From Thermoplasmata archaeon (lineage in GTDB: Archaea > Thermoplasmatota > Thermoplasmata > Lutacidiplasmatales > UBA184), in the NCBI GenBank assembly GCA_027314915.1, contig DAHUZZ010000008.1, positions 19,746 through 83,745 of the forward strand: 64,000 nt of DNA, read 5' to 3'. This document shows, one piece after another, positions 27,048-37,162 of the stretch. The notes under the pieces were generated by a model. That model did not search any database. It saw only the letters and a program-made list of their open reading frames with translations, and had not been told where the DNA came from. The position numbers were made by a program, and so were the translations under genes. Position 1 is the first letter of the stretch, and each line of letters begins with the position of its first letter.

Positions 27048-27893
27048 TTACCGTCTGCGCTCCGAACGGCCGGGCCGGAACCGGAGCGTGTCGCCGGCGC
27101 GCAGGTGGAACCGCCGGGCCGCCGAGCCCTCGCGCACCGCGAGCTCGATCGTCCCGAAGCTCGAGCCAAGGAGGCCCGGGCTCCCCCGGGCGAGGTCCTC
27201 GTAGGTCCGGACCCGGGGGAACGGCCGGGGGGCCCGGCCCCGACCGAGCGCGACCCGGACCGCGGGGTCACCGAGGGGGATCCAGTCGCTCGGGATGCTC
27301 GTGATCAGGTTCCCGAAGTGGTCCACGTGGAGGATCTCCCCGGTGACGAGGCCCGGGGACCGGTCGGCGCGCGGCGGGGGGAGCCGGAGCGGCCGGTGCG
27401 GGGGACCGAGCCGACCGAGGGGGGTCCCCGCGGCGAGCCGGGCCGCGGCCGGGGCGAACAGGTCGCGCCCCTCGAAGGTGGCGCTGGGCGTCCGGCCGGG
27501 GACCACCCGCCGGGGATCGAGACGGACGCAGGCCCGGAGGCCGAGCTCGTCCCCCAGGTAGGAGAGCACCCCGTTGTCGGGCCCGACCAGGTAGCTCCCC
27601 TCCCGGGTCCGGATCGCGATCGGGGCGCGCTCGCCGCCTACCCCGGGATCGAGGACCGCGACGTGGACCGTCCCGCGCGGGAAGCGCCGGGCCATCGCGG
27701 CCAGCAGGAACGCGCCCTCCCGGAGAGCGTGCCGGGGCAGGTCGTGGGCGAGGTCGACCACCTGGCCCGGGGCGAGCCGGGAGTACAGGACCCCCTTCAT
27801 CTGGGCGGAGTAGCTCGCGCCCAGGTCGGTCGTCAGCGTCACGAGCCGCGCGCGGCGCCCGCCGGACGGGCGGGGCTTCCCCTGGGACGGCAC
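27048..27893 (-). CDS. SAM hydroxide adenosyltransferase (DUF62, chlorinase/fluorinase family)
   Basis: TLTTDLG, VLDPGVG, GPDNG, SATFEGRDLF, VDHFGNLIT. Confidence 0.9.
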   Translation of the reverse strand: MPSQGKPRPSGGRRARLVTLTTDLGASYSAQMKGVLYSRLAPGQVVDLAHDLPRHALREGAFLLAAMARRFPRGTVHVAVLDPGVGGERAPIAIRTREGSYLVGPDNGVLSYLGDELGLRACVRLDPRRVVPGRTPSATFEGRDLFAPAAARLAAGTPLGRLGPPHRPLRLPPPRADRSPGLVTGEILHVDHFGNLITSIPSDWIPLGDPAVRVALGRGRAPRPFPRVRTYEDLARGSPGLLGSSFGTIELAVREGSAARRFHLRAGDTLRFRPGRSERRR

Positions 27894-27927
27894 CGGGCTC
27901 CGCGGACGCGCGGGGACGTGCTCGCGC

Positions 27928-28260
27928 CTAGGACTTCATGATCGCCACCAAGAAGATGGCGACCGCGACGAGCGCCCCGATGACGGCGGCGAGGAGCACG
28001 AGGAAGCTGCCCCAGATGATCTGGTGGAGCTCCCCGGACCAGGCGGCGTGGTAGAAGTAGCCGGTGAGGAGGCCGACCACGATCCCCACGACGAGCAGGG
28101 TGACGCCGATGGTCCGGCTCTTCCCGCTGCCGAAGTAGGCGGTGAAGGCGCCCGCCAGGATCATGAAGAGCCCGAAGGTCAACAACAGGATCGTCACGAA
28201 CCCGTAGAAGCCGACGGTCAGCGTCGTGTCGGGCGCACTGCTTGCCAGGAGGTCGAACAT
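27928..28260 (-). CDS. Small three-TM membrane protein
   Basis: FTAYFGSGKSRTIG...FLVAIMKS, three hydrophobic helices. Confidence 0.75.
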   Translation of the reverse strand: MFDLLASSAPDTTLTVGFYGFVTILLLTFGLFMILAGAFTAYFGSGKSRTIGVTLLVVGIVVGLLTGYFYHAAWSGELHQIIWGSFLVLLAAVIGALVAVAIFLVAIMKS

Positions 28261-28284
28261 CTCGTTTGTACTCCGCGGGTCGGA

Positions 28285-28518
28285 TCAGAACTTGATCCCG
28301 GTCAGGGTCTTGGTGTCGATCACGCCGGGGACGGCCCGGATCTTGTCGACGACGAGCTGGCCCAGGGCGTTGAAGTCCTCGGCCTCCACCTTCGCGATCA
28401 GGTCGTACTCCCCGAACAGGGGGTGCAACTCCACGATCCCCTTCACCCGCAGCAGCTCCGAGTACACCTCGTGCTCCTTCGCGGGGGCGGTGCTGATGAG
28501 GACGAAGCCGATCGCCAC
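28285..28518 (-). CDS. Lrp/AsnC ligand-binding (RAM) domain-only protein
   Basis: GFVLI...LFGEYDLIAKVEA...GVIDTKTL; GTG start after GGAG. Confidence 0.85.
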   Translation of the reverse strand: MAIGFVLISTAPAKEHEVYSELLRVKGIVELHPLFGEYDLIAKVEAEDFNALGQLVVDKIRAVPGVIDTKTLTGIKF

Positions 28519-28717
28519 CGTGCTCCCTAACCAGAGCGGCCACACCTGACCCGCTTTATAAGCGTTTGTGGGCGGCGGCTCGTCGGAGGCGGCGCGTCCG
28601 CGCCCCGGCGGCCCGGGGGCGGGCCGGATGGCGCTTCCCCCGGCGGGCCCTCCCCGTGCCGGTCGAACCGACAGGGCTTATCTCGGGCACCCGTCAGCGG
28701 TCGACGCCGGTCCCTCG

Positions 28718-30229
28718 ATGTTCCACCGTTTGAGCACGTGGCCTCGCCGTATCCTGGCCCGTCCCTGGCTCCTCACCTTCGCCCCGATCAGCGCGGCCAC
28801 CTCGGGATTCGGCGTCCTCCTGCCGCTGTACATCCTGCTGCGGCTCCACGGCACGCTGATCGACGTCGCGCTCGCGGCGGCGCTGTTCAACGGGGCGACG
28901 GTCTTCGCCTCGATGCTCTGGGGGTTCCTCTCCGACCGGTACTCGAACCGCCGGCTCTTCCTCACCATCAACTTCGCCGGGTTCGCGGCGCTCTTCGCCC
29001 TGATCGCCTTCCGCCCCTCGCTCCCCCTCCTCTTCGCGCTCTACACCATCGTGGGATTCCTCGCGCCGGCCGGCACCAGCGCGTCGAACCTGCTCATCCT
29101 CGAGCAGTTCAGCGAGGCGGAGCGGCCCGAGGCGTACGCCTCCTTCCAGGAGATGAGCATCCTGGGCGCCATCGGCGGGATCCTGATCGGCTACTTCTGG
29201 CTCGAGTCCGGCGGGGGGCTCACCCCGCTCCTCGACATCTTCGCGCTGCTCGCGCTCCTCTCCGTCCTCGGGGTGGTCCTCGGCATCCGGCCCTCCGAGC
29301 GGCCGCTCACCACCCGGCACGTGGCCCGGTCGCCGGAGTCGTTCCTCTCCCGGCTCCGGCCCACCTTCGCCCTCTTCGGGGTGATCCCGTTCTTCCCCCG
29401 CCGTCCGCGGCTCGGACCCGGCCTCGCCGCGCGCCTTCGGCTCTGGGCGATCGAGGAGCTGCACCACGAGCTCCCGCTCATCCTGGTCGCGAGCTTCCTG
29501 TTCAACTTCTCCTCGAACCTCTTCAACACCTCCTACACGCCCTACCTCGAGTCGCTCGGCATCGCGAGCGCCTCGATCTTCCTGGTGAACTTCTCGAACA
29601 GCGTCGCCCAGGCCGTCTGCTTCCCCGTCTCGGGCGGGCTCTCGAACCGCGAGGGGAGCGACCGGCTGGTCCACCAGTCGACCTACCTCCGCGGACTCGG
29701 CTACCTCACCATGACCGGGTTCACCTTCGTCCCGCTCACCGCCGTCGCCGCCTTCCAGGGGAACGCGATCACCTTCGGGATCCTGGGCGGCGCCATCGCG
29801 CTGTACTCCACCGCCTCCTCGCTGATCCTCTTCCGCGGCCTCCAGGGCCGGGAGGCCGGCACGATCCTCGGGATCAACAGCGCCCTCGGCGGCGTGGCCG
29901 CCGTGAGCGGCGCGCTCCTCTCCGGCTACACCTCCTTCTACGGGAGCTACCGGCTCACCTTCTTCGCGGCGGCGCTGGTCCTCTTCGCCTCGCTGCCGAT
30001 CTGGACCGCGGCGCAGCTCGCCTACGCCCGCCGCCGCGGGGTCGCGGTCGTGAAGCTGGCGCCGACCCCGGTGCCCGCCGAGCGGGGGCCCTCGCCCGGG
30101 GGATCGCCGGCCCCGCCCGCGCCCGCGGCGGTCCCCGTGGCCGCCCCGGCCGCGGTCCGGCCGGCCGCTCCCGCGCGCGAGGCGGCCGAGCTCGGACCGG
30201 TCCCCGGCGACGCCGGGCCCCCAAGCTGA
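28718..30229 (+). CDS. MFS transporter
   Basis: WGFLSDRYSNRR motif A, 12 TMs; ATG at 28718. Confidence 0.88.
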   Translation: MFHRLSTWPRRILARPWLLTFAPISAATSGFGVLLPLYILLRLHGTLIDVALAAALFNGATVFASMLWGFLSDRYSNRRLFLTINFAGFAALFALIAFRPSLPLLFALYTIVGFLAPAGTSASNLLILEQFSEAERPEAYASFQEMSILGAIGGILIGYFWLESGGGLTPLLDIFALLALLSVLGVVLGIRPSERPLTTRHVARSPESFLSRLRPTFALFGVIPFFPRRPRLGPGLAARLRLWAIEELHHELPLILVASFLFNFSSNLFNTSYTPYLESLGIASASIFLVNFSNSVAQAVCFPVSGGLSNREGSDRLVHQSTYLRGLGYLTMTGFTFVPLTAVAAFQGNAITFGILGGAIALYSTASSLILFRGLQGREAGTILGINSALGGVAAVSGALLSGYTSFYGSYRLTFFAAALVLFASLPIWTAAQLAYARRRGVAVVKLAPTPVPAERGPSPGGSPAPPAPAAVPVAAPAAVRPAAPAREAAELGPVPGDAGPPS

Positions 30230-30281
30230 TTAACCCGACCCGGCTCGCGGCCGCCGTCCCCCCGGGGGACGGCGAGGGCTC

Positions 30282-31409
30282 GTGACGGCAGTACCGGTGC
30301 AGCGGGGGCTCGAGGACGTCGTCGCGCTGGAGTCGAAGATCTGCTTCATCGACGGGAAGCAGGGCCGGCTCATCTACGAGGGCTACGACATCCGGGAGCT
30401 GGCCGAGCGCTCCACCTTCGAGGAGGTCGCCTACCTGCTCTGGTACGGCCGGCTCCCCACGGAGGCCCAGCTCGAGGAGCTCACCGAGCGGCTCCGGCAG
30501 CTCCGCGCCGTCCCGGAGGGCGTCATCGAGACGCTCCACGACCTCCCGACCGGCACCACGCCCATGGATGCGCTCCGCACCGCGGTCTCCGCGCTCGCCT
30601 CGTTCGAGCCGGAGGAGGGCCGTCCCGGCGCCACCTCGATCGGCGGGGCCCAGCGGCTCGTGGCGGTGCTCCCCGCGATCATCTCGGAGTTCGACCGGCG
30701 GCGGAGGGGTCGCTCGGCGCTCCCGGAACGCCCGGACCTCTCCCACGCCGCGAACGTCCTCTACCTCCTCACCGGCCGCGAGGGCTCGGAGATGGACGTG
30801 CGCGCGATGGACGTCGCGCTCATCCTGCACGCGGACCACGAGCTCAACGCCTCGACCTTCGCGGCCCGGGTCACCGCCTCCACGCTGAGCGACCTCTACT
30901 CCGCCATCACGAGCGCCATCGGCGCGCTCAAGGGCCCGCTCCACGGCGGGGCGAACGAGCGGGTGATGGAGCTCCTCCGGGCGATCCAGACGGTCGACCG
31001 GGTCGAGCCGGTCGTGCAGGAGAAGCTCGCGCGGCACGAGCGGATCATGGGCTTCGGCCACCGCGTGTACAAGGTCGAGGACCCCCGCGCCACGATCCTC
31101 CGGACCTGGTCGCGCCGGATCGGCGAGGAGAAGGGCGACCTCCGCTGGTACGATCTCCTCCAGAAGCTGTGCGAGGTGGTCCACCGCGAGAAGGGGCTCT
31201 ACCCCAACGTCGACCTCTTCTCCGGATCGGTCTACTCGCTGCTCGGCATCCCGGACGATCTCTTCACGCCGCTCTTCGCGGTGAGCCGGGTGAGCGGCTG
31301 GACCGCGCACGTGCTCGAGGAGTACGCCGACCTCCGGCTCATCCGGCCGACCGCGCGGTACACCGGGCCGACCGATCTCCCCTACGTTCCGCTCGACCGG
31401 CGCGCCTAG
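30282..31409 (+). CDS. gltA: Citrate synthase / 2-methylcitrate synthase
   Basis: GLEDV, DHELNASTF, GPLHGGAN, MGFGHRVYK, PNVD. Confidence 0.93.
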   Translation: MTAVPVQRGLEDVVALESKICFIDGKQGRLIYEGYDIRELAERSTFEEVAYLLWYGRLPTEAQLEELTERLRQLRAVPEGVIETLHDLPTGTTPMDALRTAVSALASFEPEEGRPGATSIGGAQRLVAVLPAIISEFDRRRRGRSALPERPDLSHAANVLYLLTGREGSEMDVRAMDVALILHADHELNASTFAARVTASTLSDLYSAITSAIGALKGPLHGGANERVMELLRAIQTVDRVEPVVQEKLARHERIMGFGHRVYKVEDPRATILRTWSRRIGEEKGDLRWYDLLQKLCEVVHREKGLYPNVDLFSGSVYSLLGIPDDLFTPLFAVSRVSGWTAHVLEEYADLRLIRPTARYTGPTDLPYVPLDRRA

Positions 31410-31837
31410 CGGCGCCGGCGCGGGCCGCGGGCGGGCCCGGCAGGGTCGAACCGCTCGTCGGAGGCGACCTGCATGAGCGGGTAGCGGAGCGCGGGATCGT
31501 AGGCGAGCCGGGCGGTCACCTCGTGTTCGCCGTCCCCGAGGGTCACCTCCGCCGTGAGCATCTCGGCGGTGAGGTAGCGGTAGCCGTACCGTCCCCGGCC
31601 GACCGGCCCGCCCCGGGCCGGCGCGATCCCGACCTTGACCGACCGCACGTAGGGCTGGAGGCGGACCGCCTCCGCGATCGCGCGGGCGAGCCCCGGAGCG
31701 GTCCGCGGCGAGACCGGGACCCCGATGTACTGGTGGAAGATCCCGCCGAGCTTGATGCCCGCCTCGAACAGGAGCCGCTCCCGGGGGGTGAGCGTGGTGG
31801 GCCGCGGGCGGGCCCCCGACCGTCGCGCCCTAGGCAT
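31406..31837 (-). CDS. mptD: Archaeal dihydroneopterin aldolase (DUF372)
   Basis: RERLLFEAGIKLGGIFHQYIGVPV, QPYV, YPLM. Confidence 0.85.
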   Translation of the reverse strand: MPRARRSGARPRPTTLTPRERLLFEAGIKLGGIFHQYIGVPVSPRTAPGLARAIAEAVRLQPYVRSVKVGIAPARGGPVGRGRYGYRYLTAEMLTAEVTLGDGEHEVTARLAYDPALRYPLMQVASDERFDPAGPARGPRRRR

Positions 31838-32618
31838 GGGCGGGTCCTTCCGGCGAGGGAGGTTCCGGCGGCGACGGCACGGGCCCGCGGACGGTGAAGG
31901 GGCCGAGGAGGTAGAACAGGGCGATCCCCGCCGCGGCGATCGCCGCGGCGGCCTCGCTCAGGACCCAGGCCGGCGAACCCCGGGCCGGGACGAACTGGGC
32001 GACCACGAGGGCGACGGCGAGCGCGAGGCTCGTCAGCGTCATGAGCGGCCGCGTCGGCTCGCCCCGCCGGATCTTGGGGTAGGGGATCGGCAGCACCATG
32101 AGGAGCGCGAGCCCGGCGGAGGCCCCGAAGAGGAGGACCGGGTCGGGCCGGTAGAAGGCGGGCTGGTCCAGGAAGAGGAGGAGCAGGACCAGCGCGAGCG
32201 TCGTCTGCGGCGTGGAGGCGCCGACGAAGTGCGGGCGCGCGTAGCCGCGGACGGTGAAGTAGATGAGCCGCACGAAGGCGAGCGCCATCACGAGGGCGGC
32301 CACCGCGTAGCCGACGACCGAGTACGGCGCGAAGGTCTGGACCCCGTAGCTGTGCACCGCCAGGAAGACCGCCGGGGCGACCCCGAAGGAGATGGCGTCG
32401 GCCGTGGAGTCGAGCACGCGGCCCGACACGGTCGGCGGCCCCCCGCCCAGGCGGTGGAGCATCCCGTCGAGCCCGTCGAAGCCGATGGCGCCGACGATGA
32501 GGAGGAGGCCGAAGAGCTTGTTGCCGGCGAGCGTGTAGGCGATGGCGTCGACGCCGAGGAGGGCGTTCACGAGCGTCGCCAGGTTCGCCGCCGTCTGGAA
32601 CCCGCGCCGGCGGTCCAT
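31830..32618 (-). CDS. pssA: CDP-alcohol phosphatidyltransferase (archaetidylserine synthase-like)
   Basis: FDGLDG...GRVLDSTADAISFGVAP; adjacent to psd. Confidence 0.82.
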   Translation of the reverse strand: MDRRRGFQTAANLATLVNALLGVDAIAYTLAGNKLFGLLLIVGAIGFDGLDGMLHRLGGGPPTVSGRVLDSTADAISFGVAPAVFLAVHSYGVQTFAPYSVVGYAVAALVMALAFVRLIYFTVRGYARPHFVGASTPQTTLALVLLLLFLDQPAFYRPDPVLLFGASAGLALLMVLPIPYPKIRRGEPTRPLMTLTSLALAVALVVAQFVPARGSPAWVLSEAAAAIAAAGIALFYLLGPFTVRGPVPSPPEPPSPEGPAHA

Positions 32619-33248
32619 CTAGCGCTCCCGGGCGAGCGGCGTGAGGCCGGCGTGCACGCGGTCGCCGACCGCCACGCTCGGCACGACCTTCCCGGCGGGC
32701 AGGAGGAGGTCCACCCGCGAGCCCAGGACGATCATGCCCAGCCGGTCGCCCTTGCGGTAGCTCTCCCCCGCGCGGACGAAGGAGACCAGGCGGCGGGCGA
32801 GCACCCCGGTCACCTGGACGAGCTCGACCTCCCCGAGCCGGGTCGAGAGCCGGTAGGCCCGCTGGACGTTGCCCTGGGCGGCGCTCCGGTAGGCGGGCAC
32901 GTGGCCGGCCCCGGCATCGGCCACCGCTTCCACGCGCGCATCGAGGGGGAATCGGTTCACGTGCACGTCGGAGACGTTCATGAAGACGGCGATACGGATC
33001 CGGTCGCCCTCGCTCCGGATCAGGCTGACCCGGCCGTCGGCCGGGGAGACGATGCCCTCGCCGGGGCTCCGCTCGGGGTCCCGGAAGAAGACGGCCAGGA
33101 AGAGGAGGAGCCCCCCTCCGAGCCCGAGGAGCCCGATCGAGAGCGCCTCCTCCCCGCCCGTCGGGCGCCGGAGGACCGCGACGGCGGAGAGGAGGAGCAG
33201 CGCGAGAGCGAGCGCCCCGAGCGGGGGGCCCGTCCTCGGCGCGAACAC
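32619..33248 (-). CDS. psd: Phosphatidylserine/archaetidylserine decarboxylase proenzyme
   Basis: FFRDPER, SPADG, FMNVSDVHVNRFP, LGSRVD self-cleavage site. Confidence 0.9.
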   Translation of the reverse strand: MFAPRTGPPLGALALALLLLSAVAVLRRPTGGEEALSIGLLGLGGGLLLFLAVFFRDPERSPGEGIVSPADGRVSLIRSEGDRIRIAVFMNVSDVHVNRFPLDARVEAVADAGAGHVPAYRSAAQGNVQRAYRLSTRLGEVELVQVTGVLARRLVSFVRAGESYRKGDRLGMIVLGSRVDLLLPAGKVVPSVAVGDRVHAGLTPLARER

Positions 33249-33258
33249 GCCCGCCGTC

Positions 33259-33567
33259 TCAGCTCTTGAGGACGATCTCGATGTTGACGCCGTCGGGCAC
33301 CTGGATGCGCATCACCTGGCGCAACGCCCGCTCGTCGGCATCGAGGTCGATGAGCCGCTTGTGGATCCGCATCTCCCAGTGGTCGATGGTGCTCGACCCG
33401 CCGCCGTCCGGGCCCTTCCGGACGGGGACCTTGAGCCGCTTCGTGGGCAGCGGGATCGGCCCGGCCATGGACACCCCGGTCTTCGAGGAGATCTCCTTGA
33501 TCTGGCGGCAGACGATGTCGACCTTCTTCGCGTCGGTGCCGCTCAGGGAGATGCGGGCCTTCTGCAT
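33259..33567 (-). CDS. rps10: 30S ribosomal protein uS10
   Basis: [21 protein letters not shown]. Confidence 0.98.
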   Translation of the reverse strand: MQKARISLSGTDAKKVDIVCRQIKEISSKTGVSMAGPIPLPTKRLKVPVRKGPDGGGSSTIDHWEMRIHKRLIDLDADERALRQVMRIQVPDGVNIEIVLKS

Positions 33568-33606
33568 GGACCGATGACCCCTCCCCCCGAGCGACCCGGA
33601 TCGGGC

Positions 33607-34884
33607 CTACTCGCGCTTCTTGACGTCGACGACGACGCCCGCGGCGACGGTCTGGCCCATGTCGCGGACCGCGAACCGGCCCAGCTGGGGGAACTCTTTG
33701 TACTTCTCGATGACGAGGGGCCGCTTCGGCGTGATCTTCACCACGGCCGCGTCCCCGGTCTTGAGCGTCTGGGGGTTCTCCTCCGCGACCTGGCCGGTCT
33801 TGGGGTCGAGCCGCTTCAGCAGCTCGGTGAACTCGCACGCCACCTGCGCGGTGTGGGCGTGGAAGACCGGCGTGTAGCCGGCCGTGATCACCGACGGGTG
33901 GTTCAGCACCTGGATGTTGGCGGTGAAGCTCTCGACGACCGTCGGGGGCGAGGAGACCGGGCCCACCACGTCGCCGCGCCGGATGTCGTTCTTGTCGATC
34001 CCGCGGACGTTGAAGCCGACGTTGTCGCCCGGGATCGCCTCCTGCACCTGCTCGTGGTGCATCTCGATGGACTTCACTTCGCCCGACTTGCCCGAGGGCA
34101 GGAAGATGATCTTGTCGCCCACCTTGAGCTTACCGGTCTCGACCCGGCCCACGGGGACGGTGCCGATGCCGGTGATGGTGTAGACGTCCTGGACCGGCAG
34201 CCGGACCGGCTTGTCGGTCGGCTTCTCGGGGACCTTGAGGTTGTCGAGCGCCTGGAGCAGGGTCGGGCCCTTGAACCAGGTCATGTTCGGCGAGTTCTTG
34301 TTGATGTTGTCGTCCTTGAACGCCGAGATGGGGATGAAGACGACCTGCTGCTCGATCTTGAAGCCGACGTTCTTGAGGAGCTTGGTCAGCTCCTCCTTGA
34401 TCTCGTTGTAGCGCGCCTCGGAGTACTTGACCTCCTGGCGGTCCATCTTGTTGACGGCGCAGATGAGCTGGGAGACCCCGAGCGTCCGGGAGAGGAAGAT
34501 GTGCTCCCGGGTCTGCTCCTGGATCCCTTCCGCGGCGGAGCAGACGAGCACGGCCGCGTCGGCCTGGCTCGTCCCCGTGATCATGTTCTTCACGAAGTCG
34601 CGGTGGCCGGGCGCGTCGATGATGGTGAAGTAGTACTTCTGGGTGTCAAACCGGCGGTGGGCGATGTCGATGGTGACCCCCCGCTCCCGCTCCTCCTTGA
34701 GGTCGTCCATCACCCAGGCGAACTCGAAGGTGGCCTTCCCCTTCGATTCCGCCTCGGCCCGGTACTTGTCGATCTCCTCCTGCCGGATGACGCCCGTGTC
34801 GAGGAGGAGGCGGCCCACCGTCGTGGACTTCCCGTGATCGACGTGACCGATGAAGACGATGTTCAGGTGGGGCTTCTGTGCCAT
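33607..34884 (-). CDS. tuf: Translation elongation factor EF-1 alpha
   Basis: [26 protein letters not shown]; ATG at 34884. Confidence 0.98.
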   Translation of the reverse strand: MAQKPHLNIVFIGHVDHGKSTTVGRLLLDTGVIRQEEIDKYRAEAESKGKATFEFAWVMDDLKEERERGVTIDIAHRRFDTQKYYFTIIDAPGHRDFVKNMITGTSQADAAVLVCSAAEGIQEQTREHIFLSRTLGVSQLICAVNKMDRQEVKYSEARYNEIKEELTKLLKNVGFKIEQQVVFIPISAFKDDNINKNSPNMTWFKGPTLLQALDNLKVPEKPTDKPVRLPVQDVYTITGIGTVPVGRVETGKLKVGDKIIFLPSGKSGEVKSIEMHHEQVQEAIPGDNVGFNVRGIDKNDIRRGDVVGPVSSPPTVVESFTANIQVLNHPSVITAGYTPVFHAHTAQVACEFTELLKRLDPKTGQVAEENPQTLKTGDAAVVKITPKRPLVIEKYKEFPQLGRFAVRDMGQTVAAGVVVDVKKRE

Positions 34885-35082
34885 GACGTGGGCTCCGGGC
34901 GCGTCCAAAAGGTCCCACTATTTGACGCTTTATCTCCTCCGTCGGCGGCCGGGGCCGTTCTCGACGTGAACCCGCCTCCGGAAACGGGACCGGCTCGGCG
35001 CAAAGCCCTATACGCGCCGGCTCTCTTGGCACGGCCGCCCCCTCCCGCCGGTCGGGCCGGGGGCAGGAAAGAGGTCCTCCGC

Positions 35083-35610
35083 GTGCCGGGCGTTCGAGCG
35101 CGCACCGTCCCGGCGAGCCGGTCCTCCGTCGTGCGGCTCATGCTGCCGACGGACGCGAACTTCATGGGCAACGTCTTCGGCGGCGCGATCCTGGCGGACC
35201 TGGACCGGGCGGCCTACATCACGGCGACCCGGCACAGCCAGTCGAACTGCGTGACCGCCTCGTTCGACCGGGTCGACTTCCTCCGGCCCGTCCACGTGGG
35301 GCAGGTGGTCGAGTACGAGGCCCGCCTGACCTTCGTGGGCCGGAGCTCGATGGAGGTGGCCATCGAGGTGCGGGCCGAGGCCCTCGCGGGCGGCGAGAAG
35401 TACCCGGTCGTCAACGCCTGGATCACCATGGTCGCGGTCGATCCGGAGGGCCACCCGGTCCCCGCCCCGCCGCTCGAGCTCACGACCGAGGAGGAGCGGG
35501 CGGAGTTCGAGCGGGGCCGTGCCCGGATGGACGCGCGCCGGGGGCAGCGCCCGGCCTTCGGCGGGACCGCCCGGCCGCCGCGCGCCCGGAACGCGTCTTC
35601 GAAGAGGTAG
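35083..35610 (+). CDS. HotDog acyl-CoA thioesterase
   Basis: PTDANFMGNVFGG, VTAS, VGRSSMEV. Confidence 0.88.
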   Translation: MPGVRARTVPASRSSVVRLMLPTDANFMGNVFGGAILADLDRAAYITATRHSQSNCVTASFDRVDFLRPVHVGQVVEYEARLTFVGRSSMEVAIEVRAEALAGGEKYPVVNAWITMVAVDPEGHPVPAPPLELTTEEERAEFERGRARMDARRGQRPAFGGTARPPRARNASSKR

Positions 35611-35616
35611 ATCACG

Positions 35617-36066
35617 ATGTTGTGCGAGATGTGCGGGAAGGACGTGGCCGTGCCGACGATGGTCAAGGTCGAGGGCACGGTGCTCGCGCTGTGCGGCGAT
35701 TGCAGCCGGTTCGGCACCGCGGTGAACCCCCCGGCGGGCGCGGTCCTCCCGGCGGACCGGCCCGGCCGGCCGGGCGGCGGGACCCTCGACGACCGGCTCC
35801 GGACCGAGTCGCGCCGCCGCGAGGAGCGCGACCTCTTCCAGGAGCTGCCGGACCTCGAGCTCGTGCCCGACTGGCCGAAGCGGGTCCGCCAGGCGCGGGA
35901 GAAGCTCGGCTGGACCCCCGAGGAGCTCGGGAAGCGGCTCAACGAGAAGAAGTCGCTCGTCCTCAAGCTCGAGAGCGGCGGGTTCCGGCCACCGGACGCG
36001 ACGGTGCGGAAGGTCGAGCACCTGCTCAAGGTCCGGCTCCGGGCGAACCCGGGCGAGCTCGGCTGA
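35617..36066 (+). CDS. mbf1: Archaeal multiprotein bridging factor aMBF1
   Basis: CEMCG...CGDC Zn ribbon plus HTH (RQAREKLGWTPEELG...KLESG). Confidence 0.9.
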   Translation: MLCEMCGKDVAVPTMVKVEGTVLALCGDCSRFGTAVNPPAGAVLPADRPGRPGGGTLDDRLRTESRRREERDLFQELPDLELVPDWPKRVRQAREKLGWTPEELGKRLNEKKSLVLKLESGGFRPPDATVRKVEHLLKVRLRANPGELG

Positions 36067-36088
36067 CCGGGTCCCCGCCCCCGCTCCG

Positions 36089-37027
36089 CTACCGCGGGGG
36101 GAGGAGGAGCTCGAGGATCGCCTTCTGCGCGTGGAGCCGGTTCTCCGCCTGGTCCCAGACGATCGAGCGGTCGCCGTCGATCACCTCGTCGGTGATCTCG
36201 AGCCCGCGGTGCGCCGGCAGGTCGTGCATCACCCAGGCCCCCGGCCGGGCCGCCCGCAGGAGCTCGGAGTCGATCCGGTACCCCGCGAAGGCGCGGGTCC
36301 GCTCCGCGGCCTGGGACTCGTCGCCCATCGACACCCACACGTCGGTGTAGAGGACGTCGGCGCCCCGCGCGGCCTCCGGGGGGACGCTCACGAACTCGAC
36401 GCGGCTACCGTGGGCGCGGGCGTACCCCTCGGCACGCCGCCGCACCTCCTCCGACGGCCGGTACCGCTCGGGGACCGCTCCCACGAAGTCGAGGCCCACG
36501 AGGGCGCAGCCGAGGGCCAGGGAGTTGCAGACGTTGTTGCCGTCCCCGATGTAGGCGAGCGTGCGGCCGGAGAACCGCCCGTCCCATCGCTCGGAGAGCG
36601 TGAGGAGGTCCGCGACGATCTGGCAGGGGTGCTCGAGGTCGTCGAGGGCGTTGACGACCGGGACGCTCGCCCAGCGGGCCAGCTCCTCCATGTCCTGGTG
36701 CTTGAACGCGCGGTAGACGATCGCGTCGACGTACCGCGAGAGCACCCGGGCGGTGTCCGCGATCGTCTCGCCGCGGCCGAGCTGGAGCTCCCGGGACGAG
36801 AGGTAGAGCGCGTGGCCGCCCAGGTCGTTCATCGCGACCTCGAAGGAGGTCCGCGTGCGGGTCGAGGGCTTCTCGAAGAGGAGCGCGGCGTTTCGGCCCG
36901 GTCGGACCGCCGAGAGCTCCCCCCGCCTACGGGCCCGCTTCATCTCGAGCGCCCGGGCCAGGAGCGAAGGCAGGTCGTGCTCGAGGTCGGTGATGGAGAG
37001 GAGGTCGCGCTTGGCCGGTCCGCTCAT
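36089..37027 (-). CDS. argF: Ornithine carbamoyltransferase
   Basis: STRTR, HPCQ, GDGNN, DVWVSMG, HDLP, QAENR. Confidence 0.95.
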   Translation of the reverse strand: MSGPAKRDLLSITDLEHDLPSLLARALEMKRARRRGELSAVRPGRNAALLFEKPSTRTRTSFEVAMNDLGGHALYLSSRELQLGRGETIADTARVLSRYVDAIVYRAFKHQDMEELARWASVPVVNALDDLEHPCQIVADLLTLSERWDGRFSGRTLAYIGDGNNVCNSLALGCALVGLDFVGAVPERYRPSEEVRRRAEGYARAHGSRVEFVSVPPEAARGADVLYTDVWVSMGDESQAAERTRAFAGYRIDSELLRAARPGAWVMHDLPAHRGLEITDEVIDGDRSIVWDQAENRLHAQKAILELLLPPR

Positions 37028-37162
37028 ACGCACCGCGAACCCTTCGCTCGAAGTAAGAACCCGGTGTCCCGCGCGGTACAGTTCGGGGGAACGGCGTCCT
37101 CCGGGACCGCCCCCGCCCCGGGCCCTCAATGAGATTATTAGTCCGCATCGCTCGCGGCCCCA

